Assembly (NCBI GenBank): GCA_964196015.1
Contig: CAXMRM010000213.1
Location: 1-36,918, forward strand
Source: an uncultured Myxococcota bacterium
Lineage (GTDB): Bacteria; Myxococcota_A; Polyangia; Polyangiales; Houyiibacteriaceae
Direction of reading: 5' to 3'
DNA length: 36,918 nucleotides
Shown: in pieces, positions 1 to 8,770 of the stretch
Numbering within the stretch: the stretch's first letter is position 1
Layout of the letters: each line of letters opens with the position of its first letter
The notes under the pieces: generated by a model
Database searches by the model: none
What the model saw: the letters and a program-made list of their open reading frames with translations, nothing else
What the model was told of the DNA's origin: nothing
Translations under genes and position numbers: made by a program

Positions 1-1
1 T

Positions 2-571
2 TGGCCCTGGTTGGCGTCGCTCGGCCTGCGCGCTGGGCTCACGAAGTTCCTCGACGTCGGCATCAACGTCGCCACGTTCGGGCGCCTCACCGACTTCGCG
101 GTCAGCACGAAGGCTGGCTGGCGCGTGTCCCGCAACTTCTCCTTGGGCGGAGATCTGCAGATCGGCGGCGGCGTAGGGCCCGCGCAACGCGATACATCTG
201 GAGTAAGTCACCCGACGAACAACTTCTTCATGAGCCTTGACGCGATCTTCAGCGTGCACTTTCCACCTCGTGGCGCCCTCTCGATCTGGGTCGCCGGCGA
301 CTTCAACAGCGACCGCTGGGATTTCAACGGTCGCAACAGCGACGTCGCTGTGACAACCTCCCGTCAGAACGTGGTTCGGGCCCGGCTCGGTGGCTCAGTG
401 GAAATCGTCGTGACTCGGAAGTGGAACGTGTGGATGGAAGTAGAAGGCATCGTTGCTGGGGACAGCCGGCGGGTCCTCGGGGACATCTTCGGCGGGGGCC
501 ATGACGACCCGCGGGTGTACGGGCAGTTCGGGGCGACCTTCAAGTTTGGCGGCACGAAGGAGGGCTCGTGA
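2..571 (+). CDS. outer-membrane beta-barrel protein, C-terminal fragment (5' end outside the window)
   Basis: The frame stays open to the window edge. It shows an alternating beta-strand-like hydrophobicity pattern, Gly/Asp-rich turns and a C-terminal ...YGQFGATFKF segment typical of OMP barrels. Its stop overlaps the GTG of tmk (GTGA at 568-571). Confidence 0.55.
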   Translation, partial: WPWLASLGLRAGLTKFLDVGINVATFGRLTDFAVSTKAGWRVSRNFSLGGDLQIGGGVGPAQRDTSGVSHPTNNFFMSLDAIFSVHFPPRGALSIWVAGDFNSDRWDFNGRNSDVAVTTSRQNVVRARLGGSVEIVVTRKWNVWMEVEGIVAGDSRRVLGDIFGGGHDDPRVYGQFGATFKFGGTKEGS

Positions 572-1221
572 TCGAGGGTCACTTCATCGTGATCGAAGGC
601 ATCGACGGATCGGGCACGACGACGCAGTGCTCGATCCTGGCGGAGCGCCTCATCGACAAAGGGCTGCCCGCCCACACTACGCGTGAGCCCAGCGATGGCC
701 CGATCGGCGTTTTGATTCGTCAGATCCTGACCGGGAGAGTGGTGGTCCCTGGCCGTCACGGCGCCCGCCCACCCGCTTGGGCGACGATGGCCACGCTGTT
801 TGCATCCGACCGTCTCGATCATCTGGAAGCGGAGGTGATCCCCAACCTGATCGACGGAGTCACGGTGATCTGCGATCGTTACGACCACTCCTCCGTCGCT
901 TATCAGACGGTGAGCAGTGGCGGCGACGACGACGTTTCCACCTGGGTGCGCGAGCTCAACCGGCGCGCGAGACGCCCTGACCTGACACTCGTGCTCGACG
1001 TCAACCCCGAAGTGGCGGCGAGCCGTCGAGGCATGCGATCCGGCGGCCCCGAGCTGTATGAAATCGACGAGATGCAGGTCGAGCTTGCGAAATTCTACGC
1101 AAAAATCGACGAACTCTTCCCAACTGATATGATTCGACACATCGACGCGAACTGTGGCGTCGAAGGCGTGACCACGGCGATTTGGTCCGAGGTCATGGCG
1201 CTTCGAGGAGAGTCCGTATGA
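568..1221 (+). CDS. tmk: thymidylate kinase (dTMP kinase)
   Basis: P-loop FIVIEGIDGSGTTTQ, plus TREP and CDRY motifs. An AAGGAGGG Shine-Dalgarno lies just upstream of GTG 568. Confidence 0.95.
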   Translation: MIEGHFIVIEGIDGSGTTTQCSILAERLIDKGLPAHTTREPSDGPIGVLIRQILTGRVVVPGRHGARPPAWATMATLFASDRLDHLEAEVIPNLIDGVTVICDRYDHSSVAYQTVSSGGDDDVSTWVRELNRRARRPDLTLVLDVNPEVAASRRGMRSGGPELYEIDEMQVELAKFYAKIDELFPTDMIRHIDANCGVEGVTTAIWSEVMALRGESV

Positions 1222-1808
1222 GCCGTGATCTGACTGTGCTGTTGGCCGCCCTCATGATCGCAAGCGCGATCGGCTGTCACAAGAGCACCCTCCGAGAGGA
1301 CATGGCGGGGGACTCGACTTGGGAGAGCTCCGCGGGCGACGAGTCGTGGGAAGCCGCCGACAAACCGCCCAAACGCAACGACCAGTGGGAGGAAAAGAAC
1401 GCTCCCATGGAGGGCGCGCCGCCTGCCGAGGAGCAGAAGCCGGAGAGCAGTCTGGACCAGTCTTACCCACGGGTCTCGACAGGTGTCATTTCGCGCGACG
1501 AGCTCTTGCCGGTGCTGGACGGGGGCTTGGGTCGGTTCTTACAAGATGTCGAAATCGAGGCTGCTTTCCACAAGGGCGGCTTCGTGGGCTTTCGCATCAT
1601 GAGCCTGTTTCCCGGCGAACCGGCCTTTGCATCGCTCGACCTTCGCCCCGGGGACACAGTGACGCGTATCAACGGCAGGCCCATCGAGCGACCCGAGCAA
1701 GCAGCAGCCGTGTGGGAAAACCTTCGAACCGCTTCGAATTTGGTGGTCGACTATCGGCGCAACGACGAAGATCACGCGCTGCGCTTCACGATCGTTGACG
1801 AGAGTTAA
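1218..1808 (+). CDS. lipoprotein with C-terminal PDZ domain (GspC-like PDZ)
   Basis: ATG 1218 overlaps the tmk stop (ATGA) and is preceded by GAGGAG. Signal peptide with lipobox LMIASAIGC. Acidic low-complexity linker. The C-terminal segment GFRIMSLFPGEPAFASLDLRPGDTVTRINGRPI is PDZ-like. The ORF-track start 1182 was rejected because it overlaps tmk. Confidence 0.75.
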   Translation: MSRDLTVLLAALMIASAIGCHKSTLREDMAGDSTWESSAGDESWEAADKPPKRNDQWEEKNAPMEGAPPAEEQKPESSLDQSYPRVSTGVISRDELLPVLDGGLGRFLQDVEIEAAFHKGGFVGFRIMSLFPGEPAFASLDLRPGDTVTRINGRPIERPEQAAAVWENLRTASNLVVDYRRNDEDHALRFTIVDES

Positions 1809-1861
1809 CTTCGACTCCAACTTTCCTCACCGCCTCCCATCTCGGGTGCTAATCTGATCCC

Positions 1862-2923
1862 GTGAGCGATCCGTATCTCGACAAAGAGGTGGCTGGGCAG
1901 TTCCGCATCGTCGAGAAAATCGGCAAGGGCGGCATGGGAGCGGTCTACAAGGCCGAGCAGCCCGATATGAATCGGTACGTGGCGATCAAGATCCTCCACT
2001 CGCGCTATCTCTCGCGGAGCGACTTGGTTTCCCGCTTTCGCCGCGAAGCGCGCGCGATGAGCCAGCTCTCGCATCCCAACACCGCGCGCGTGTTTCTCTA
2101 CGGACAGCTCGACGACGGCGCCTGTTACTTCGTGATGGAGCATCTCGTCGGCCACAACCTCGCTCAGATCGTTCGAGCCGAAGGCGCGATGGAACCCAAA
2201 CGCGCGATTCGCATCATGACCCAGGTGTGCAGCGCGCTCGAGGAAGCGCACCAAGCGGGCATCGTTCACCGCGACCTCAAGCCAGAGAACATCTTCCTGA
2301 CCGCCCAGGGCGGCATCCGGGACTTTCCCAAGGTGCTGGACTTTGGTCTCGCCAAGGTTACCGAACGGCAGATGAGGCCCGGCTCTATGGTGCTCACCCA
2401 GCAGGGGATGGTCTTCGGCACACCCGAGTTCATGAGCCCGGAGCAGGCGCACGGGAAAACCCTCGACGCGCGCTCGGACATCTATTCGCTGGGCATCATT
2501 CTTTATGAGCTGCTGACCGGGAAGCTGCCTTTCGATGCAAAGCAGCCGATCGAGTACATTCAGCTCCACGTCAACGCCACGCCGATCCCGCTGTCGGAGC
2601 GGCGCCCAGGTGCCGCGTTCCCGCCGGGTCTCGAAGGCGTGGTCATGGCCGCGCTGGCCAAGAAGCCCGAGCAGCGATACGCCTCGGCAGCCGAGTTTGC
2701 TGCGGCGCTCGAGAGCGTCCTCCAAGCCGAGGCCGGGGAGGGTGGCCCGATCAGCCTGCCAACGCCGATTCCCCTCGCCCCCGGACCCGAGCCCGCCCCG
2801 CAGATCGAACCCCTTCGCGGCCTCGAAAAACCCAAAACGCCATGGATCATGTTCGCCGCGGGTGTCGTCCTCGCCGTGGCTGGTGTGCTCGCACTCCTCG
2901 CCGCCTTCGGCCCCGGTTCCTGA
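1862..2923 (+). CDS. Ser/Thr protein kinase, C-terminally tail-anchored
   Basis: Hanks kinase motifs: GKGGMGAVY, VAIK, HRDLKPENI, DFG, and a GTPEFMSPE activation segment. A Pro-rich linker is followed by a single TM helix at the extreme C terminus (WIMFAAGVVLAVAGVLALLAAF). Confidence 0.93.
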   Translation: MSDPYLDKEVAGQFRIVEKIGKGGMGAVYKAEQPDMNRYVAIKILHSRYLSRSDLVSRFRREARAMSQLSHPNTARVFLYGQLDDGACYFVMEHLVGHNLAQIVRAEGAMEPKRAIRIMTQVCSALEEAHQAGIVHRDLKPENIFLTAQGGIRDFPKVLDFGLAKVTERQMRPGSMVLTQQGMVFGTPEFMSPEQAHGKTLDARSDIYSLGIILYELLTGKLPFDAKQPIEYIQLHVNATPIPLSERRPGAAFPPGLEGVVMAALAKKPEQRYASAAEFAAALESVLQAEAGEGGPISLPTPIPLAPGPEPAPQIEPLRGLEKPKTPWIMFAAGVVLAVAGVLALLAAFGPGS

Positions 2924-3020
2924 CCGGTTCCGGACCTGGCTCCATGCCCGCCCCTCAGAGAGCTTGACGGTTTTGGGCAGGAGCGTCAGAGTCGGCGCCC
3001 GCTTCCAGCTAGAGACCACC

Positions 3021-3902
3021 ATGACCGTAGCGATTCGACCAGCCACGACGATGCTGACCGTGCGTGACCTGATCGCGCTCACCAAGCCGCGGATCACGCT
3101 AATGGTTCTCGTGACGGCTGCCGGTGGCATGTGGCTCGCGCCCGGCTCCTTCGATCTCGCCTCGATGGCGGTCATGCTCCTCACGACCGGGATGGTTGTC
3201 GGCGCCGCCAACACCCTGAATTGCTATCTCGAGCGGGACAGCGATCGCTTAATGGCCCGCACGGCCAATCGTCCGCTCCCCGATCGCCGGCTCGAGCCCT
3301 CGTGGGCGCTGACCCTCGGCGTTCTCATGGGGCTCTTCGCCGTCCCGACCCTCACCCTAGCCGTTAATCCGATCACAGGCTTGCTCGGCTTCATCGCGCT
3401 GGCGAGCTACGTCGCGATCTACACGCCAATGAAGCAGCACACCCCAGCGGCGCTCTTCGTCGGCGCGCTTCCGGGTGCCCTGCCGCCACTCATGGGGTGG
3501 ACCGCCGTGACCGGCAGCATCGACGCGCCCGGGCTGGTGTTGTTTGGGATACTGTTTTTCTGGCAGATCCCCCACTTCATCGCGATTTCGATTTTCCGGC
3601 AGGAGGAGTACGAGCGGGCCGGCCTCAAGGTCTTGCCGTCGGTTCGCGGCGTCCGGTCGGCCAAGGTGCAATCTGCCATCTACACGGGTGTGCTTTGGGC
3701 GGTTTCGCTCCTTCTCGTGCCTTACGGGCTGGCCGGTACGATCTACCTCACGACCGCAGTAATCCTCGGCGGCTACTTCTTCTGGATGGCCCTCCAAGGC
3801 TTCAAGGCGGAAGACTCGAAGGTCTGGGCCAAGAAATTCTTCGTCGCCTCCTTGATCTACCTCACCACGCTGTTTGCGGCTCTCATCATCGATGCGCTCT
3901 GA
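3021..3902 (+). CDS. ctaB: protoheme IX farnesyltransferase (heme O synthase)
   Basis: UbiA-family polytopic protein with LTKPRIT, NCYLERDSDRLMARTANRPLP and WQIPHFIAISI motifs typical of CtaB/CyoE. ATG 3021 was chosen; the long ORF-track extension from 2535 overlaps the kinase gene. Confidence 0.93.
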   Translation: MTVAIRPATTMLTVRDLIALTKPRITLMVLVTAAGGMWLAPGSFDLASMAVMLLTTGMVVGAANTLNCYLERDSDRLMARTANRPLPDRRLEPSWALTLGVLMGLFAVPTLTLAVNPITGLLGFIALASYVAIYTPMKQHTPAALFVGALPGALPPLMGWTAVTGSIDAPGLVLFGILFFWQIPHFIAISIFRQEEYERAGLKVLPSVRGVRSAKVQSAIYTGVLWAVSLLLVPYGLAGTIYLTTAVILGGYFFWMALQGFKAEDSKVWAKKFFVASLIYLTTLFAALIIDAL

Positions 3903-4497
3903 GACTCTAGGGCTGTTGTTGCTGACCCTGCTCGGCCTGCTTGCCTTGGGCTGCTCCAAGAGGAGCGCCGAGGACGTTGCGGTTCTCGGTCAGCTTCCCG
4001 AATTTTCGCTCGTCGACCAGGACCAGCAGGTCTTTGGCCGTGAATCGATGGCGGGAAACCTTTGGGTGTCGGCCTTCGTCTTCACCCACTGCCGTTCCAC
4101 GTGTCCCCGGATCACCGCCCACATGAAGGGGCTCCAGTCCCGGCTTTCGGACGTCCCGAGCGCCCACTTCGTCTCCGTCAGCGTCGATCCCCGCAACGAC
4201 ACGCCCGAGGTCATCAAGGCCTACATGACCAAGAACGAGTTGGATGAGAGCAATTGGCGCTTCGTCACGGGCGAAGAGGAAGCGATTCGGCATGTCGTGG
4301 TCGACGGCTTCCGGGTCGGGCTCGGGGACGAAGACAGCAAAGCAGCTGGCGCCGATGAAATCATGCACTCGAACTCTTTCGTGCTGGTCGACGACGAGGC
4401 TCGGGTCCGGGGCTACTACCGCGCCAACAACGACGGGATAGGCGATCTCGAGCGGGATCTGCGCGCTCTGGCAGCCGCCGTGCCCCCGAAGCATTGA
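3892..4497 (+). CDS. SCO1/SenC family copper chaperone lipoprotein
   Basis: Lipobox LLALGC. Thioredoxin-fold motif FVFTHCRSTCP (CxxxC) and a downstream conserved His (IMHSNSFVLVD). ATG 3892 overlaps the ctaB stop; alternative TTG start at 3874. Confidence 0.9.
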   Translation: MRSETLGLLLLTLLGLLALGCSKRSAEDVAVLGQLPEFSLVDQDQQVFGRESMAGNLWVSAFVFTHCRSTCPRITAHMKGLQSRLSDVPSAHFVSVSVDPRNDTPEVIKAYMTKNELDESNWRFVTGEEEAIRHVVVDGFRVGLGDEDSKAAGADEIMHSNSFVLVDDEARVRGYYRANNDGIGDLERDLRALAAAVPPKH

Positions 4498-4528
4498 TAG
4501 CGTTCTGCTTCGGTGTTAAGCCCGCGGC

Positions 4529-5737
4529 ATGACTGAGAGGATCCCTGTCGCGCAGCGGCTCAGCGCCGTCAAGCCTTCCGCCACCGTTGCTGTTGCCCAG
4601 CGGGCGCGTGAACTCAAGGCGCAAGGCATCGACGTGCTTTCCTTCAGCGTAGGCGAGCCGGACTTCGATACGCCGGCGCACATTCGCGAAGCCGCCAAAA
4701 AGGCGATCGACTCAGGGGCTACCCGATACACCGCAGCGCGCGGAATCGTCGAGCTTCGGGAAGCGATCTGCGAGGCGTCCGCGAAGCGGCGCGCAGGCGT
4801 CACGTACGAACCCTCCCAGGTCGTCGTGTCCGTTGGCGCCAAGCACACACTCTTCAACCTGGCGTTGGCGCTGTATGACGAAGGGGATGAGATCTTGATC
4901 CCGGCACCCTACTGGGTGAGCTACCCGGAGCAAGTTCGTCTCGCGGGCGCGAACCCGGTGATCGTGCAGACCTCCGAGGAAGAGGGCTTCCGCATGACGC
5001 CGGAGGCGCTGCGCGCTGCGATCACGCCCAAGACGAAAGCGCTTCTCTTGTGCTCGCCCTCCAATCCCACCGGTGCGGCGTACACGGCTGAGCAGCTGCG
5101 CACGCTGGCCGACGTGGCCGCCGAGCACAATTTCTGGATCATCGTCGACGAGATTTACGGGCAGCTGGTGTACGGGGGCTTCGATCAGAAATCGATTGCC
5201 GAGGTCGCACCCGAGCTGAACGATCGCATCATCATCGTGGACGGTGTCAGCAAGACGTTTGCGATGACCGGCTGGCGCATCGGCTGGATGCTCGCACCCG
5301 AATACGTGGCGAAGGCCTGTGACAAGATTCAGGGCCAGTCGACGACCAACCCCGCTTCCGTCGCCCAGTACGCGTCAATCGCAGCGCTCCGTGGCCCTTG
5401 GGAGCCCATGGAGGAGATGCGCCAAGCGTTCGAGGCGCGCCGGAGCATCATCATCGACGGGCTCAACGCGATCGACGGCGTCACGTGCCGATTGCCCGAC
5501 GGCGCGTTCTACGCCTTCGCGAACGTGCAGGCGCTGATCGGCAAGCAGGGCGCTGGCAAGAAGCTCGAGAACGACATTGACGTCGCGGGCTACCTGTTGG
5601 AAGAGGCGCGCTGCGCCGTGGTTCCCGGCACGGCCTTTGGCGCTCCGGGCTTCGTGCGTATCTCGTACGCAGCGTCGAACGAGATGATCCGCGAGGGGCT
5701 CAAGCGGATTGCTGACGCGGTGTCGAAGCTGAGGTAG
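4529..5737 (+). CDS. pyridoxal-phosphate-dependent aminotransferase, class I (aspartate aminotransferase-like)
   Basis: The pattern SVGEPDFDTP, PAPYWVSYPE, NPTGAAY, SKTFAMTGWRIGW (PLP lysine) and RISYA is typical of AspC/AspB-type enzymes. Confidence 0.93.
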   Translation: MTERIPVAQRLSAVKPSATVAVAQRARELKAQGIDVLSFSVGEPDFDTPAHIREAAKKAIDSGATRYTAARGIVELREAICEASAKRRAGVTYEPSQVVVSVGAKHTLFNLALALYDEGDEILIPAPYWVSYPEQVRLAGANPVIVQTSEEEGFRMTPEALRAAITPKTKALLLCSPSNPTGAAYTAEQLRTLADVAAEHNFWIIVDEIYGQLVYGGFDQKSIAEVAPELNDRIIIVDGVSKTFAMTGWRIGWMLAPEYVAKACDKIQGQSTTNPASVAQYASIAALRGPWEPMEEMRQAFEARRSIIIDGLNAIDGVTCRLPDGAFYAFANVQALIGKQGAGKKLENDIDVAGYLLEEARCAVVPGTAFGAPGFVRISYAASNEMIREGLKRIADAVSKLR

Positions 5738-5757
5738 GGGCGCCGGCAGTGTCAGTG

Positions 5758-6801
5758 TCAGTGCGCGCGGCGGCGTTGGGCTAGGGCGATGCCCGCCCGG
5801 GCGAGGAGGGCCGCGCCAAGTACGGTCATCATCAGTGTGCTCGGGGTGCGTGGCGCGTAGCCGGCGCTGAGTAGCAGTAACAGGGCTGCGCCCATTTGCC
5901 GTTGAATGGACTCTTTTGACAGCATGGCGGCGACGGTGACCGCCCAGCCAACGCCGAGCGGAATGGCGTAGAGGACGAAGTCGTCGTCCGGCAAGAAATC
6001 CAGTCGAACCGCGCCGTACAGGAGATCCGGTAGGTCTTGTCCGACCGCGTGCTTCCAAAACGCCATCCCGGCCGTGACCAAGCCGGCTGCCAGCCCTGAC
6101 AATGCGAGCGCAGCCTTTCCACGTGCCTCTCGCCACGGAATCGAGATTGCAAGACCGATTGTGAGGGGGACTGCCAGATATGCGAGCTCGCCGGACCATC
6201 GGAAAGCGTTCGAGAGCCGTTCGGTGTGCTCCCAGTGCGTCCGTGGTTCGACCAAGCTCACGAGCATCGAAACGATGCCGCTGAACGCCGCGACCAGCGT
6301 CAACACCAGTGCCGCCGAGGTGGGGCGGGTGGAGCGCCAATGAATGCCGGCGAGGATCAGGAGCAGGATCAACGCGTGCGCGAGCCCGGCAACGGCGAGG
6401 ACGAGCTCCACCCTGGTCCAGCCGCTGGGCAGGAACGTCATCAAGGCGACGATCGGAACCAAGACCCAGCCGAGGCTCGCGATGCCGGCGCGAGCGGACA
6501 ACGGAAGAGCGCTCTTTGCGGACGAGAACGACGCAAGGCAAAACGACAACGCGACCAAGGCACTGACGACACTCAGGTTGCGCGCGAAGCCACCCCAGGT
6601 GTCGAGTCGAGCGAACGCGTCGTGCGACCATATGTTGCGTCCCAACGGAACCAAGACGCGATTGATGACGAGGTCTGCAAGGGCCGCAACCCCGGCCATC
6701 CATGCGAGCGGAGGGACCCCGGCGAAGTAGGGCGAGCGTTCGTCTTCTACGGATGTGACGGCGGCCACGGAGGCTAAGGGTGAGTCGATGCCCTCGGTCA
6801 A
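5758..6801 (-). CDS. polytopic integral membrane protein of unknown function
   Basis: A 347-aa ORF with about 9-10 hydrophobic helices and no motif I recognise. TTG start at 6801; alternative ATG at 6699. Divergent from bioB. Confidence 0.65.
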   Translation of the reverse strand: MTEGIDSPLASVAAVTSVEDERSPYFAGVPPLAWMAGVAALADLVINRVLVPLGRNIWSHDAFARLDTWGGFARNLSVVSALVALSFCLASFSSAKSALPLSARAGIASLGWVLVPIVALMTFLPSGWTRVELVLAVAGLAHALILLLILAGIHWRSTRPTSAALVLTLVAAFSGIVSMLVSLVEPRTHWEHTERLSNAFRWSGELAYLAVPLTIGLAISIPWREARGKAALALSGLAAGLVTAGMAFWKHAVGQDLPDLLYGAVRLDFLPDDDFVLYAIPLGVGWAVTVAAMLSKESIQRQMGAALLLLLSAGYAPRTPSTLMMTVLGAALLARAGIALAQRRRAH

Positions 6802-6820
6802 GGTTCCGGGACCCTACGCG

Positions 6821-6847
6821 GGCACTCTAGCGTATTCAAGGCACTCT
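6821..6847 (+). repeat. 8-bp direct repeat GGCACTCT x2 upstream of bioB
   Basis: Copies at 6821-6828 and 6840-6847 (19-bp period), in the 61-bp divergent region between the membrane-protein gene and bioB. Confidence 0.3.
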
Positions 6848-6862
6848 GCTAAGACCGTCCCG

Positions 6863-7885
6863 ATGACCGACGTCCGCAACGACTGGACCAGGGAAGAGGC
6901 CCGTGCGCTTCACGATCTGGCCCTGACCGACCTGTTGTTTCGGGCTCAAGAAGTGCATCGCGTCACACAACCGCGCAACGCGGTTCAGCTCTGCTCGCTG
7001 TTGTCGATCAAAACCGGCGCCTGCCAAGAAGACTGCTCCTACTGCCCACAGAGTTCGAAGTACGACACCGGCGTCGAAGCCGAGCGTCTGATGGATGTCG
7101 ATGACGTGCTCGAAAAGGCGCAACAGGCAAAAGAAGCGGGCGCGAGCCGGTTTTGCATGGGCGCGGCATGGCGGAGCCCGAAGAAGGGGAGCCGGCAGTT
7201 CCAGCAGGTGTTGGAGATGGTGCGTGGCGTTCGTGCGCTCGGTCTCGAAGCGTGCGCAACGCTCGGGATGCTCGACGACGAGCAAACCCAGGAGCTAAGG
7301 GGTGCTGGGCTCACCGCCTACAATCACAACCTCGACACCTCCGAGGAGTACTACGGGGAAATCATAACGACCCGCACGTACAGAGACCGTCTCGACACGA
7401 TTGCACGTGTGGCGGCTGCGGGTATTTCCGTCTGCGCCGGAGGCATCATCGGGATGGGGGAGAGCATCGACGATCGCGTGGGTATGCTCGTGACGCTCGC
7501 CAACCTTTCGCCGCAGCCCGAGAGTGTGCCGGTCAATGCCTTGGTGGCGGTGCCCGGCACACCCCTCAGTGATCAGCAGCCCGTCGACTCGCTCGAGCTC
7601 GCTCGCATGTGTGGCACCGCGCGCATCATGATGCCGGGCGCACGCGTGCGGCTTTCGGCCGGGCGCTCCTCACTCAGCCGTGAGGCGCAGCTCCTGTGCT
7701 TCATGGCCGGCGCGAACAGCATATTCTTCGGCGACAAGCTCCTCACGACCGGAAACCCGGACCACGACGCGGACCTCGCGTTGTTGCGCGATGCGGGGCT
7801 CTCTCCCCTCGAGCCAGACCCGGCCGACGGCAGCCATCCGCCGCACCGACAGCACACCGCGACCGGTTCAGACGCTGCGGAGTAG
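6863..7885 (+). CDS. bioB: biotin synthase
   Basis: Radical-SAM cluster motif [11 protein letters not shown], followed by [12 protein letters not shown] and other BioB-specific blocks. ATG 6863 gives a canonical N terminus. Confidence 0.95.
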   Translation: MTDVRNDWTREEARALHDLALTDLLFRAQEVHRVTQPRNAVQLCSLLSIKTGACQEDCSYCPQSSKYDTGVEAERLMDVDDVLEKAQQAKEAGASRFCMGAAWRSPKKGSRQFQQVLEMVRGVRALGLEACATLGMLDDEQTQELRGAGLTAYNHNLDTSEEYYGEIITTRTYRDRLDTIARVAAAGISVCAGGIIGMGESIDDRVGMLVTLANLSPQPESVPVNALVAVPGTPLSDQQPVDSLELARMCGTARIMMPGARVRLSAGRSSLSREAQLLCFMAGANSIFFGDKLLTTGNPDHDADLALLRDAGLSPLEPDPADGSHPPHRQHTATGSDAAE

Positions 7886-7933
7886 CTCCGGGGTCTGGAA
7901 TCATTAGAGTTTTAGCAAGGGCGCTTATTGAAT

Positions 7934-7961
7934 TTGATTTGCAACTTCTAGCGGCTATAAA
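7934..7961 (+). promoter_or_regulatory. sigma70-like promoter of bfd inside an AT-rich island
   Basis: TTGATT (7934-7939), 16 nt, TATAAA (7956-7961), then 6 nt to ATG 7968. No Shine-Dalgarno. Confidence 0.4.
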
Positions 7962-7967
7962 TAAGTC

Positions 7968-8168
7968 ATGCTCGTGTGCCACTGCCACGCGGTTAACGAC
8001 CGGACGATTCGCCGATGCGTCAATGACGGCGCACGGAGCCGAAACGACATCCGCGAGGCCTGCGGCGCGGGCGCCTCCTGCGGCAGTTGCCGGCCGGTGA
8101 TCGATCGGTTGATCGAGTTGCATGGCCGTGCTCAGAGCGCGGTCGACGCAAGCGGCACGCAAGGCTGA
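7968..8168 (+). CDS. bfd: bacterioferritin-associated ferredoxin (BFD-like [2Fe-2S] domain)
   Basis: A 66-aa protein MLVCHCHAVNDRTIRR...ACGAGASCGSCRP with the CxC...CxxC pattern of Bfd. It lies directly upstream of bfr. Confidence 0.85.
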   Translation: MLVCHCHAVNDRTIRRCVNDGARSRNDIREACGAGASCGSCRPVIDRLIELHGRAQSAVDASGTQG

Positions 8169-8209
8169 CACTAGATCTGATAACGCCTTGCAAGTTCAGA
8201 CTTGCGCCA

Positions 8210-8238
8210 TTGCCACAGGCATGCCTGGTCTCTATGCT
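8210..8238 (+). promoter_or_regulatory. sigma70-like promoter of bfr with a 12-bp perfect palindrome in the spacer
   Basis: TTGCCA (8210-8215), 17 nt, TATGCT (8233-8238). The spacer contains CAGGCATGCCTG (8216-8227). AAGGA Shine-Dalgarno at 8245-8249. Confidence 0.35.
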
Positions 8239-8255
8239 CGCGCGAAGGAAAATTC

Positions 8256-8738
8256 ATGAAGGGCAACGACGAAGTCATCAACCTGCTCAACGAGGTCCTC
8301 ACCTCGGAGCTCACCGCCATCAACCAGTACTTCATTCATTCGAAAATGTGTGACGACTGGGGCTTCAACAAGCTGGCTGCGAAGAAGCGCGCGGAGTCGG
8401 TCGAAGAGATGGGACATGCGGACGTCATCATCTCGCGTATCCTCTTCCTCGAAGGCGTGCCCAATATGCAGCGCTACTTCCCCGTCAAGGTCGGCGAAGA
8501 TGCGATCGAGCAGCACCGCCTCGACCTCGAAGTCGAGTACGATGCCGTCAAGCGACTGAACGCTGGCATCGCTCTGTGTCTCGACGAGGGCGACAACGGC
8601 ACCCGCGAGCTCCTCGCGACGATCCTCCAGCAGGAGGAAGAGGGCATCGACTGGCTCGAAGCGCAGCTCCACCTCGTCGAGGCGGTTGGCAGGGAGCGCT
8701 ACCTGACCGAGCAGATGGTGGTCAACGCCGGGAACTAG
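8256..8738 (+). CDS. bfr: bacterioferritin
   Basis: [31 protein letters not shown]... is close to the canonical Bfr N terminus. Ferroxidase Glu/His residues and the heme-ligand Met (EEMGHAD) are present. AAGGA Shine-Dalgarno sits before ATG 8256. Confidence 0.95.
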   Translation: MKGNDEVINLLNEVLTSELTAINQYFIHSKMCDDWGFNKLAAKKRAESVEEMGHADVIISRILFLEGVPNMQRYFPVKVGEDAIEQHRLDLEVEYDAVKRLNAGIALCLDEGDNGTRELLATILQQEEEGIDWLEAQLHLVEAVGRERYLTEQMVVNAGN

Positions 8739-8770
8739 CTCTCGCCCGCCTGGCTGCTACATGTCCGGCG

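Noticed and set aside
2535-3020. Long N-terminal extensions offered by the ORF track: 2535 for ctaB, 8576 for pgm, 10063 for the SDR, 29256 for priA, 28271 for tsaD, 14945 for EamA.
   Set aside because: The extensions overlap the preceding well-supported genes and translate to Arg/Pro/Ser-rich sequence. Internal starts reproduce canonical family N termini.
1805-3214. A 469-aa ORF on the minus strand.
   Set aside because: It runs antisense through the well-supported kinase gene and the ctaB 5' region. Its translation is Arg/Gly/Ala-rich with no motifs. Long antisense ORFs are expected by chance in high-GC DNA because stop codons are rare.
5747-5763. A tandem hexamer (CAGTGT)2-CAGTG in the 20-bp gap between the aminotransferase and membrane-protein genes.
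   Set aside because: It has only about 2.8 repeat units and partly encodes the C-terminal codons and stop of the minus-strand gene. It is too short to call a microsatellite or regulatory repeat.
5375-6703. A 442-aa ORF on the minus strand.
   Set aside because: It overlaps the aminotransferase 3' end and, out of frame, the polytopic membrane-protein gene. The translation is Arg-rich and low-complexity, a high-GC frame artefact.
7897-7944. A full 19-bp Fur box upstream of bfd.
   Set aside because: Only one half (AATCATTA) matches the GATAATGATAATCATTATC consensus. The other half is GC-rich, so I kept it only as a low-confidence hint inside a finding and did not annotate it as a feature.
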